A stretch of DNA of 64,000 nucleotides from contig CAVPOC010000008.1 in the NCBI GenBank assembly GCA_963706955.1, positions 320,001-384,000 on the forward strand. Direction: 5' to 3'. Source of the stretch: an uncultured Verrucomicrobiae bacterium (GTDB lineage: Bacteria > Verrucomicrobiota > Verrucomicrobiia > Chthoniobacterales > Terrimicrobiaceae). This document shows, piece by piece, positions 10,882 through 19,827 of this stretch. The stretch's first letter is position 1. The number at the start of each line of letters is the position of its first letter. The position numbers and the translations under genes were made by a program. Below the pieces are notes generated by a model, which saw nothing but the letters and a program-made list of their open reading frames with translations, had not been told where the DNA came from and searched no databases.

Positions 10882-12019
10882 CTAGCGTGACCAGGTCGGT
10901 TCTGTCACCTTTCCAAGTCCGGTGACAATCGGGACCGAACGACCGGTCGGAACATCTAACAAAATCAGACTCGATCCCGAGCTGAAGATAATGTGCCGTG
11001 AGTCCGCTCCCCATACCGGATCCTCCCCGCTGGCGACAAGGTTCGTCGCGCCGCTCTGCAGGTCCTTCACCCCGATCGAAAATCCGCCGGTGCGCGCCGT
11101 AAACGCCACCCTCTTTCCGTCGGGTGACCAGCTTGGCTCAGTGCAGTAGTTATAACCTGTCGAGATGAGCTGCCCACTGCCTCCTCCCGCACCTATGCGA
11201 AAGAGCTGTGGGCTGCCTCGCTCGTCCGACGAATAGATGATTTGCGAACCATCCGGCGACCAAGTTGGAGATGATTCAACCCCTCTGGTGCTGGTGAGCC
11301 GGCGAGCCCCGCCGCCTCCTGCACCGATGACATAGAGTTCCGGATTGCCGTCCTTGCTGAGCGTGCAGGCGATTTGCGCCGCCATTGGGCGAGAAGGCCG
11401 CGCCCGAATTTGTCCCGGGAAACTTGATGATACGGCTGCGAGCACCCGAGCCAAGATCGATCAAGTAGATGTCTGCGTAGCCGCTCTGATAGCCGGTATA
11501 GGCAAGCTTGCTGCCGTTGGGAGCGAGCGCCGGAGCGACGCTGATCGAACTATCATGCGTCAATTGACGCACATTGGCTCCGTCATAGTCGGCCGTATAG
11601 ATCTCTTTGCGTCCACTCCGAGTGGAGGCGAAGGCGATGCGGGAGCTGGCAATCCCTTTGTGGCCAGTGAGAGTCTCGACGATGTCGTCGGCAAATCGAT
11701 GTGCCGCCAGCCGTGGACCACCAGAGTACGATTTCTGCAGCACAACGCTGCCGCGTTGGTCGGTAACTTGCCCCTGAAGAGTGCCTCCGGCCGACGATCC
11801 GCTGATCATGTAGCTGGCGCGCTCCGGTGGCGAGATACTAAACCATCCGGAGAGGTCGAGATCGTTCTGCAGCACCTTGGTCGACGCGGGACCCTCGCTT
11901 CCGCCAAGCGTTTGCAGGGCTACATTGGTCGTCTCGCCCTTGCGAATGGTTATGGTCGGTGCCTCCTGCCCGTGCAGGCCCGAGGCGATTAGAAAAAGAA
12001 GGATCGCAACACGCTTCAT
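10882..12019 (-). CDS. tolB: TolB, split by a single-base frameshift near 11376-11383
   Basis: N-half MKRVAILL...AHRFADDIVETLTG...RIAF; C-half QIACTLSKDGNPELY...SPTWSPDG PD40 repeats; removing one base joins the frames. Confidence 0.88.
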
Positions 12020-12062
12020 AAGGACTTTTTCCTGATTGGCAAAAGCGCGAGGGCTTTGCAAC

Positions 12063-12911
12063 CTACGATTTGAACCTCCTGCCCACCGGGTAGGTTCCCA
12101 GGCTTGTCATCGATTCGGCCAGAGCTCCTGCCAGCCTAAGCGTGCGGGCGACTGTCGCAGTTTTCGGTGCGCCATCAATCTCCAGAAAAAATATATAGGT
12201 CTGCGGGTGACCGGGAACTGGACGCGATACAATGCGGGAAAGATTAACTTTCTGCCGGGCGAATGGGCCCAAAAAACGATAGAGACTGCCGCAGACATTC
12301 GGAAGGGCTGCGACGAGGGCCGTTTTTTGTCGCTCATCGTCGAACGCGGGCGGTTCCCCTCCGATGGTAAAAAAGTGGGTTACGTTAGGCGATCGGCCCA
12401 TCGATGGGACTTCGAGCACCTCCAGTCCATAAACGTCGGCAGCGCCGGGCGAGGCCAGGGCTGCCGCTGTTTTGCTCGCGGAGGCCTTCCGAGCGGCGAG
12501 AGCCGTACTGGCCACCGCACGGACGCGCGCTCGCGGATGGCGTGCCTTCAGCCAGTCCGAGTGATGCTTGATCTGCACAAAGTGCGAATACACTGTCGAA
12601 ATCACCCTTCCTGGTCGGCCGAGAAGTGCGATGCGCACGTCCATGGCCAACTCCTCGCGAATGAAAACGCGACCTGCATGGCGGATCAACAGGTCCACAG
12701 AGTCATATACGGTCCCCCCGCTGGAGTTCTCGATCGGCACAATCCCCAGAGCATCGGTCGAAGCGAGAACCCGGTCGAAGATCGCTTCAATGGTGGGACA
12801 CGGCGTCAGGACCGCATGCTTTCCGAACCTCTTCCGAGCAAGAATATGGGAGAATGTCCCTTCGGGCCCGAGGTAGTTGACCGGTCTCACAGTAACCTTC
12901 TGAAGCCACAA
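12063..12911 (-). CDS. pheA: Prephenate dehydratase with C-terminal ACT domain
   Basis: YLGPEGTFS, VPIENSSGG, NLSRIVSRP; the TRF motif appears as THF. Confidence 0.85.
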   Translation of the reverse strand: MWLQKVTVRPVNYLGPEGTFSHILARKRFGKHAVLTPCPTIEAIFDRVLASTDALGIVPIENSSGGTVYDSVDLLIRHAGRVFIREELAMDVRIALLGRPGRVISTVYSHFVQIKHHSDWLKARHPRARVRAVASTALAARKASASKTAAALASPGAADVYGLEVLEVPSMGRSPNVTHFFTIGGEPPAFDDERQKTALVAALPNVCGSLYRFLGPFARQKVNLSRIVSRPVPGHPQTYIFFLEIDGAPKTATVARTLRLAGALAESMTSLGTYPVGRRFKS

Positions 12912-12997
12912 CCAATCGGTTGCAAGTGAACTCCGCTTGCGTGCATCGCGACGACAACTATTCTTGTTATCGAGCGCCCACAGCTCATCACTTCTTT

Positions 12998-13234
12998 ATG
13001 CCTACTTACGTCTACGAAACGATTCCCGCCAAGAGGGGGAGGACCCCGAAGCGCTACGAGTTCAAACAGAGTATCAAAGACGCCGCCTTTACGAAGCACC
13101 CTGAAACCGGAGAGCCAATCAAGCGCGTCATCACTGGCGGCATCGGTGTGCTGACTTCTTCTTCGGCGGGCCCCGCTCATGCTCATGTCCACCGACCCTC
13201 CTGCGGATGCGGAGCCGGAGGCTGCCACGGCTGA
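12998..13234 (+). CDS. FmdB-family regulatory/zinc-ribbon-like small protein
   Basis: MPTYVYE...EFKQSIKDAAFTKHPETGEPIKRVITGG with His/Cys-rich tail. Confidence 0.75.
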   Translation: MPTYVYETIPAKRGRTPKRYEFKQSIKDAAFTKHPETGEPIKRVITGGIGVLTSSSAGPAHAHVHRPSCGCGAGGCHG

Positions 13235-13325
13235 GAGCCTTTGAACTTTCCTCATTTCGCTTCCAAGACGGCCAAGCAAGTAGCGAGAGCACCTAAAGAA
13301 CATCGTTTGCAAGACGCTCGGGGGA

Positions 13326-13823
13326 GTGGCTAAAAAAAGCAACGCGCCGAGGTTTGCTGCGATTTGGCCGGGATCGCTTCGGAAGCTGAAAGGCTTGGGA
13401 TTGGGAGCGCTTCTTCTTGCTTTGCCGGGCGTCGGCTGCGCGACCAAGTCTGCTCCACCGCCCGCAGGCGAAGAAGTTTCCACCGACCGCGCCACCCCGC
13501 CTTCTCAACCGCAGACCAAACGCCCGTTCCTGGTCGGAGCCTTTTCCTGGCTTCCGAAACTTTCCTTCCGGCGGCCGAAGCCTCCCCAGGCTCAGGTGCC
13601 CCGCCTCATCGGCGTCATCAAGATGGTTGATGAAGACGATCGCTTCGTCCTCATCGATGCCACCACCTTCCAAGGCGCCGGAGCCGGAGATCTCCTCATC
13701 TGCATCCGGGATCAAAAAGAGACCGCCAACCTCCGCATGAGCAATCTGAAAAATCCTCCCTTTCTCATCGCCGATATTGCCAGCGGAAAGCCCGCGCCAG
13801 GGGACCGCGTCGTTAAACCCTAA
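13326..13823 (+). CDS. Hypothetical lipoprotein
   Basis: Hydrophobic leader ending in GVGC lipobox; beta-rich C-terminus. Confidence 0.6.
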   Translation: MAKKSNAPRFAAIWPGSLRKLKGLGLGALLLALPGVGCATKSAPPPAGEEVSTDRATPPSQPQTKRPFLVGAFSWLPKLSFRRPKPPQAQVPRLIGVIKMVDEDDRFVLIDATTFQGAGAGDLLICIRDQKETANLRMSNLKNPPFLIADIASGKPAPGDRVVKP

Positions 13824-13840
13824 GCCCCCCGCAATCCCGA

Positions 13841-13869
13841 TTGACAAGTTCTATTACGTTCTCCTTAAT
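13841..13869 (+). promoter_or_regulatory. Possible sigma70 promoter of the marR-tolC operon
   Basis: Perfect TTGACA at 13841, weak -10 (CTTAAT) 17 bp later. Confidence 0.35.
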
Positions 13870-13892
13870 TCTAATGGGGTTAATCAATAGTC

Positions 13893-14363
13893 GTGATCGA
13901 ACTGCAAAGACCTGAAGTCCGTCCCGATGTGGAACGGCTTGCGGACATCATGATGATGCTTCAGCGCTGTTTGATGCTCCGGTTGTCGGAAGAACTTTCC
14001 CGAGGGCAGGTCTCATTTCCCCAATTTTTTCTTCTCGGTCACATTGCCGCTCACGACTTTTTGTCCATGAGCGAAATCGCGGAAAAGATGAACCACTCGA
14101 CCGCCGCAGCCACGGGCTTGGTAGATCGGTTGGAGAATCTTGGTTACGTTCAGCGTTCGCACGCTGCCAACGACCGCCGCAAAGTTCTTGTGAAAATCAC
14201 CAAAAAAGGAAGTGCTCTGGTTGAAAAAATCCGACAGGACATAGTTACAAATCTCTCGCAAATCATGGATCTGCTGCCCCCCGATGAACAAAAAGCTTGG
14301 CTGAGCATCTACGAAAAGGTGCATTCCTACTGCCTAAGCAAACAAAGCTCATGCTCCGAGTGA
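13893..14363 (+). CDS. MarR family transcriptional regulator
   Basis: SMSEIAEKM...ATGLVDRLENLGYVQR...DRRKVLVKITKKG winged helix. Confidence 0.92.
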   Translation: MIELQRPEVRPDVERLADIMMMLQRCLMLRLSEELSRGQVSFPQFFLLGHIAAHDFLSMSEIAEKMNHSTAAATGLVDRLENLGYVQRSHAANDRRKVLVKITKKGSALVEKIRQDIVTNLSQIMDLLPPDEQKAWLSIYEKVHSYCLSKQSSCSE

Positions 14364-16408
14364 ACATTTTTAAGGCCTGCCTGCCGGCTCTTTGTGCCGT
14401 GGCCGCCGTCTTTTCGACACTCGCGCAGAGTAGTCAGCTTCCTCCCGGCGCGCTCGAGCCCACCCCCACTCAGACACCCACTCCAACGCCGATACCAGAG
14501 CCAACCCCGATGGCAGTTCCCGAGCCTGTGGTGCCAACGCCGTCTCCTCTTTCCACCCTCGCTCCTTTGGTGAGCCCGTCGCCTTTTCCCACCCTGCCAC
14601 CGCTCGCGAGTCCGACGCCACTTCCAGACGGCACGATGCCCCTGACACCACCGCCGATGCCTACGCCTGCGCTTCCCGATGCGAGTACTCTTTCAGACCA
14701 GCTCAATTTGCCTTTGCCAGCACCGGGCCAGCTCCACGAACCGTTAGGTCCTGGAAGGGAAACCGACACTCTCAAGGACAGCGAGAAATTGGCGATGCAG
14801 CAGAAGATGATGATGGCGGATTTCGAGAAGTCACTTGCCCAACTCATCGGGAAGCAGCGCAACCCCAATGTGCCGAACATGACGCTGAATGATGCGGTGC
14901 AAATCGCGCTCAAGCAAAATCCTGACATTCTCAACGCCATTCAACAGATCCGCATCACGCGCGGACAGCTCATCCAAGTCGCGTCGCAAGCAGTTCCGAA
15001 AATCGTCATCAACTCCCAATATCGAAACCAGGCCGAAGCATTGACAACCAATGGACAGGGCACCCAAGGCCCACTCATCGGTGAAATTCCCAATCCAGCC
15101 GGCGGCCGACCGACCCGAATCGTCTTCAGCAGCACCGATAGCACCCCCATTCAGAACCAAAGCTGGAACATTCAATTTCAAGGCACCCAGCTCGTCTTCG
15201 ACGGCGGCGCGGCCTATTACGGCATCAAAGGCGGAACCGCAGTTTACGACAGCGCGTTTTTCAGCCTCCGATCGACGATTGACAACGTTGTCTCTCAGGT
15301 CATCAACCAGTTTTACCAAGTCGTTCTCAATCGGGCTCTCATCGTCGCCCAGGAGCAGAACGTGGCGCTGCTGCAGCAGCAGGTCAAAGACCAGCAAAAT
15401 CGCTATGATGCGGGCACCGTGCCCCGCTTCAACGTTCTCCAAGCCGAAGTGCAACTAGCCAACGCTCTGCCGCCGCTCATCCAGGCGCAGAACGCCTACC
15501 GGATTTCGACCTATCAGCTGGTTCGTCTTTTAGGAATGGACTATCCGAGAGGGCACCCGAGCGAGGTTCCATTTAACGTCGTGGGCACCCTCGGCTACTC
15601 GCCGCGCAGGATTGACACCGACGAGTCGATTCGTGTCGCGATTGCCCGTAATCCTTCGCTGAAAGCTCAACGGCAAGCGATCCTTTCGAATGCGGCCAAC
15701 GTGAACGTCCAAATCGCCGGATGGTTTCCTACCATCAATGCCAATGCCGGCTACGAGTTTGTCAACGATTCGGCGTCGCAAAACATTTCCAGCAACGTTG
15801 GAGGCTGGTTTTTCGGTGCGACCGGAACCTGGAATATTTGGGACGGCGGACTGACGTATGGAAACGTGATGCAGGCCAAGGCTCAACTCATGCAGGCCAA
15901 GAACAACTACGACAACGGCGTGCGCCAAATTGTCCTCGATGTGCAGCAGGCGATTTCCAATCTCCAGCAAGCGCAGGAGACGCTCGACAGCCAAACCGCG
16001 AGCGTGGTGCAGGCGACCGAGGCGCTGCGCCTTTCCCGCGAGCGGTTGGATGCTGGCGCCGGCACGCAGCTCGACGTCTTGAATGCGCAGGTGCAACTCC
16101 TCCAGGCACAGACCAACGTTCTCCAGGCGCGTTTTGACTACATTGCCGCCATGGCCAGCTACGACCTCGCTCTCTCGCTCGACACACAATATGTCGAAAC
16201 GTTTGACGACCCGATCGTCCGTCCCCTCAATCCACAGGCGCTCAATCGCTCCGAGCGAAATCGCTTTCAAAAGGTCACGCGTCCGGCAAACCCGCAACCC
16301 AGGCTCCCGCGCGCCTTCCGCAAGGAAGATCCGATCGAGCCAATTCTGGAATCGTCGCCCACCTCGAAGCAAAAGAAAAAGAAGACGTCGGCGCGGAGCG
16401 GCAAATAA
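14351..16408 (+). CDS. TolC-family outer membrane efflux protein with Pro-rich N-terminal extension
   Basis: TLNDAVQIALKQNP, two OEP repeats (RYDAGTVPRFNVLQAE; RLDAGAGTQLDVLNAQ). Confidence 0.88.
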   Translation: MLRVNIFKACLPALCAVAAVFSTLAQSSQLPPGALEPTPTQTPTPTPIPEPTPMAVPEPVVPTPSPLSTLAPLVSPSPFPTLPPLASPTPLPDGTMPLTPPPMPTPALPDASTLSDQLNLPLPAPGQLHEPLGPGRETDTLKDSEKLAMQQKMMMADFEKSLAQLIGKQRNPNVPNMTLNDAVQIALKQNPDILNAIQQIRITRGQLIQVASQAVPKIVINSQYRNQAEALTTNGQGTQGPLIGEIPNPAGGRPTRIVFSSTDSTPIQNQSWNIQFQGTQLVFDGGAAYYGIKGGTAVYDSAFFSLRSTIDNVVSQVINQFYQVVLNRALIVAQEQNVALLQQQVKDQQNRYDAGTVPRFNVLQAEVQLANALPPLIQAQNAYRISTYQLVRLLGMDYPRGHPSEVPFNVVGTLGYSPRRIDTDESIRVAIARNPSLKAQRQAILSNAANVNVQIAGWFPTINANAGYEFVNDSASQNISSNVGGWFFGATGTWNIWDGGLTYGNVMQAKAQLMQAKNNYDNGVRQIVLDVQQAISNLQQAQETLDSQTASVVQATEALRLSRERLDAGAGTQLDVLNAQVQLLQAQTNVLQARFDYIAAMASYDLALSLDTQYVETFDDPIVRPLNPQALNRSERNRFQKVTRPANPQPRLPRAFRKEDPIEPILESSPTSKQKKKKTSARSGK

Positions 16409-16416
16409 CCGATACG

Positions 16417-17169
16417 TTGTTCTGCAGGTCGGCGTCTCACGAGGTGCAACCAGTTGGCCGATCAGGACTCGCAGCGCCCTGCCCAGCGGAGTTCTTTCCT
16501 GCGCTTGACGCACTCGCCTTCGTGCGGACGGCGTTCATCCGACGTTGTCCCGGTGTTGAGGTTGTTACCGACCGTGAGACCGCACTTACCCGACTCTGGT
16601 TAGCTCACAGGGATACGGCGGACGCGTTGGGATTCTCCGGGATGCCGTTCGTGCTCGCCGAGCAGGTCCACGGAAGCGGCGTTGCTCGGGTCGACGCGCC
16701 GTCCACAGTTCCCGTGCCCGGCGCGGACGGGCTTATTACTTCACAGTCGCAGCTTTGTCTGGCCATCTACGTCGCCGATTGTGCGGCCGTTTATCTTGCC
16801 GATAAGAAAACTCGCTCGATCGGTCTCATTCACGCCGGGAAAAAGGGAGCGCAACTTGGCGTGGTGAAAGAAGCGATTGCGGCAATGCAGGAGCAATTCG
16901 GCATCGATCCCCGCAATTTGGTAATGCAGATCTCGCCTTGCATTCGCCCTCCCCATTACGAGGTCGACTTTGCTGCGGATATCGTTCGCCAGGCTCGCGA
17001 AGCCGGAGTGCAGGCCATCTTTGACTGCGACACCTGCACTGCCTGCCATCCCGACCTCTACTACTCCTACCGACGAGAAAAAGGCTCGACTGGTCGGCTC
17101 CTCGCCCTCGCCGCAATCATCCCAGGAGAAAGCAGGGATCGTGAGCTGACCGCAGGCCCTCCGAATTAA
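16417..17169 (+). CDS. PgeF/YfiH (laccase-domain) family protein
   Basis: EQVHG, ADGLIT, ADCAAV, HAG, YSYRRE motifs. Confidence 0.88.
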   Translation: MFCRSASHEVQPVGRSGLAAPCPAEFFPALDALAFVRTAFIRRCPGVEVVTDRETALTRLWLAHRDTADALGFSGMPFVLAEQVHGSGVARVDAPSTVPVPGADGLITSQSQLCLAIYVADCAAVYLADKKTRSIGLIHAGKKGAQLGVVKEAIAAMQEQFGIDPRNLVMQISPCIRPPHYEVDFAADIVRQAREAGVQAIFDCDTCTACHPDLYYSYRREKGSTGRLLALAAIIPGESRDRELTAGPPN

Positions 17170-17954
17170 GAACCGATGCGTTCCAGAAGAGCCGGCAACT
17201 CAGGAAGTCCCGATATGGTGAAATCCGGGTCAACTGGAGAATGCTCTTCTGATCCGGGGACCTTCAGCCAGATGGAGATGATGCCGGCGTTGCGAGCGCC
17301 GCGAATATCGCGTTCCAGGCTGTTACCGACCATCGCAGCTTCGGCCGGTGAGACACCGAGGCGATCGGTGAGATGGAGAAAAATCTCCGGACGCGGTTTC
17401 CCGATGCCATAAACGCCGGAAATTACGATCTGGCTAAAGAGGCTTTCGGTTCCGCTCGCGACGATCTTCTCCCGCTGAAGATCGGGCGCGCCATTGGTCA
17501 ACAGCCCCAGTGCATAACGCGAGGATAGCCGGGTGAGAACTTCGCGAGCGTCTGGCATGAGGCGCTGCAACAACCGGCGCTCACGACCAAAAGCCGCGGC
17601 AAGATCCCGCGACCCTTCGCCACTTTCAATCATCTGCTGACGCAGCGCGTGATCGAAAACCTGTTCCCGAAAAGCAAATGCCCACTTTCTCAGTTCGGCA
17701 AATTCTCCATCTCCTTCGAACCTTCCCCAGAGGCATTCAAAGGCGCTGATCCCCAGGGACCGACAGAAGGAATAGCAGGGTCCTGCAGCCCAAAGAACCC
17801 TGGCCTGCTCGGCCGCATCGCGGGCAAAACGCGCTTCTTCTGCTCCATGCTTGTCGCGAGCGTATCGCGCCACCGCTTCAAAGGCTTCCTGCGAGACCGC
17901 TTCGTCAACAATCACCGTGTCGTCAAGATCGAACAAGACCGCTCGTAGTGGCAT
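17166..17954 (-). CDS. HAD-superfamily hydrolase
   Basis: LFDLDDT, LLTNG, GKPRPEIF, MVGNSLERDIRGA. Confidence 0.9.
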   Translation of the reverse strand: MPLRAVLFDLDDTVIVDEAVSQEAFEAVARYARDKHGAEEARFARDAAEQARVLWAAGPCYSFCRSLGISAFECLWGRFEGDGEFAELRKWAFAFREQVFDHALRQQMIESGEGSRDLAAAFGRERRLLQRLMPDAREVLTRLSSRYALGLLTNGAPDLQREKIVASGTESLFSQIVISGVYGIGKPRPEIFLHLTDRLGVSPAEAAMVGNSLERDIRGARNAGIISIWLKVPGSEEHSPVDPDFTISGLPELPALLERIGS

Positions 17955-18290
17955 CAGCCGAGCAAAGTTGCGCAGGCTTCAAGGCTCAAGACCAAATATC
18001 CGGAGGGAGAGGATTCTTGAATACTGCTGTCACTGCCCGACCGCACCACCCGCGGTGCTCTCGCCCGGCAGGCGAATTCGGGACAAAATTCCGAGGAGCA
18101 AACGCGTCCTCGCGTGTCGTCGCCGGTGTCTCGCCGGCGACCGATTCCAATCCATTCTGAATGAGTGCTGGTGCAGGTGCATCCCGCGGTTACGAACGGA
18201 ATCCACCCTGAGCTCGAATCTGTGAACTCTCCCAATCCGTGGACCAATAACCTCGTTAGTTCAGGTCATTTCATTCCGCTTCGCAGAATC

Positions 18291-18840
18291 GGTGGTATGG
18301 GGATTATCTCGCCTCTCGGCGAGCTCTGCCAGTTTGGCTTCGCCCGCAAAGGGCGCTTCCGCGCCCGGCAGTCGAACTGAAGTTCTCATCCCCAGCTCAA
18401 GTCATTTGATTCGGCTTCGCCGAACTTGTGGAGGTATGGGGATTATCTCGCCTCCGGCGAGCTCTGCCAGTTTGGCTTCGCCCGCAAAGGGCGCTTCCGC
18501 GCCGGGCAGTCGAACTGAAGTTCTCATCCCCAACTCACGTCATTTGATTCGGCTTCGCCGAACTTGTGGAGGTATGGGGATTATCTCGCCTCCGGCGAGC
18601 TCTGCCAGTTTGGCTCCGCCCGCAAGGGCGCTTCCGCGCCGGGCAGTCGAACTGAAGTTCTCATCCCCAGCTCAAGTCATTTGATTCGGCTTCGCCGAAC
18701 TTGTGGAGGTATGGGGATTATCTCGCCTCCGGCGAGCTCTGCTAGTTTGGCTCCGCCCGCAAGGGCGCTTCCGCGCCGGGCAGTCGAACTGAAGTTCTCA
18801 TCCCCAGCTCAAGTCATTTGATTCGGCTTCGCCGAACTTG
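18291..18840 (-). repeat. Four tandem 137-138 bp tRNA-linked (RtT-like) repeats, each ending in the 3'-terminal 16 nt of tRNA-Ala
   Basis: Units at 18291-18428, 18429-18566, 18567-18703, 18704-18840; three start with tggaggtatggggatt (tRNA 3' end), the distal unit with a variant; degenerate tail of a fifth unit at ~18258-18290. Confidence 0.95.
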
Positions 18841-18913
18841 TGGAGGTATGGGGATTCGAACCCCAGACCTTCTCATTGCGAACGAGACGCTCTACCAACT
18901 GAGCTATACCCCC
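18841..18913 (-). tRNA. tRNA-Ala (anticodon CGC), CCA not encoded
   Basis: GGGGGTATAGCTCAGTTGGTAGAGCGTCTCGTTCGCAATGAGAAGGTCTGGGGTTCGAATCCCCATACCTCCA; full cloverleaf with the G3:U70 Ala determinant. Confidence 0.97.
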
Positions 18914-18984
18914 AACATCATTGATTTCAGTGAGTTACATTATATCTCTGGAGCAAGAAAGATGCTTGTCTGTACCAGCAACGT

Positions 18985-19175
18985 TATTGGTAGGCGCCAC
19001 CAAGCGGAGCACCACCCTTGTCTGAAACGTCATGAGATCAACGGAGATTACTATGCTGCAAAGAAAATCCGCGGCAAGATCAAAACCCACGCTCTCCGCC
19101 CGAAAAGCCGCATTGCCATTACTGATAGAAAGCTCGCTGAGCGAGAACTGCGCGAGTGGCTGGTTTGGAACGGGA
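18985..19175 (+). pseudogene. Tyrosine-integrase N-terminal (arm-binding) remnant
   Basis: HHPCLKRHEINGDYYAAKKIRGKIKTHAL...ITDRKLAERELREW, matching the L.R....G.YYA..K..GK....SL.T.D...A pattern; no catalytic domain follows. Confidence 0.55.
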
Positions 19176-19189
19176 AGACGAGCTTTCAA

Positions 19190-19330
19190 CCCTGCGAGCG
19201 TTCTTCCAGATAATCGGCCAGCCCATCTGTCGCAGATTCTTCGCCAGTTCTTCCTGTTTCCAACAGAGGCGTACGCGCAGACTTTGATCTTCGGTCCCAC
19301 AGATTCGTATAAGTCGTTTGTTCATGATAA
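19190..19330 (-). pseudogene. XRE/Cro-type HTH remnant
   Basis: LRVRLCWKQEELAKNLRQMGWP resembles an HTH_3 helix pair; a homologous decayed copy lies at ~32085-32190. Confidence 0.4.
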
Positions 19331-19827
19331 GACTGAACTGTAGTGCGACGCACGAACCGTGGCCGCACCACGGACGGACAGATTCGGCCTCGGCTAATCC
19401 AGGCCATGCGCGCATCGTCAGAAGGAGCAATTCCGGGTTGAGATCGCCGGTCGACTGGAACTAGAAGGCCGTGCGTGCGGGATCCCCACCTCGACGCCGT
19501 AGCGAAGCTCGTTCAACAACTCCCGACCTTGGCGGTCTCGCCGCCAGCCAACGCCGTGCCCGGCGAGCGTGAGCCAGCTCGGAACGATTCGCAGAATTTG
19601 ATTCGGTGGGAAACAGAGTAGCAGCGATTGACGCTTGAAGATCGGCATCAGCAGAGAAGAAGGTTTTCGCCTGCTTTGATCCGTAGTTTGCCGCAAAGGG
19701 TGGAACGTTGCCATCCTCTTATCGAAGTCTCATATTGACAGCGTTTTCAAGCAGTGGTGAACCCACCGTTGATTTAGGCTAATCGAGCGTCCAGGTTAGG
19801 GATGTTAGGGATATATGGAGGAGAGCA

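Noticed and set aside
18291..18840. CRISPR array, or protein-coding ORFs in the tandem repeats
   Set aside because: Whole 137-bp units repeat with no unique spacers and no cas genes; the ORFs (18292, 18564, 18818) are translations of the repeat and tRNA antisense.
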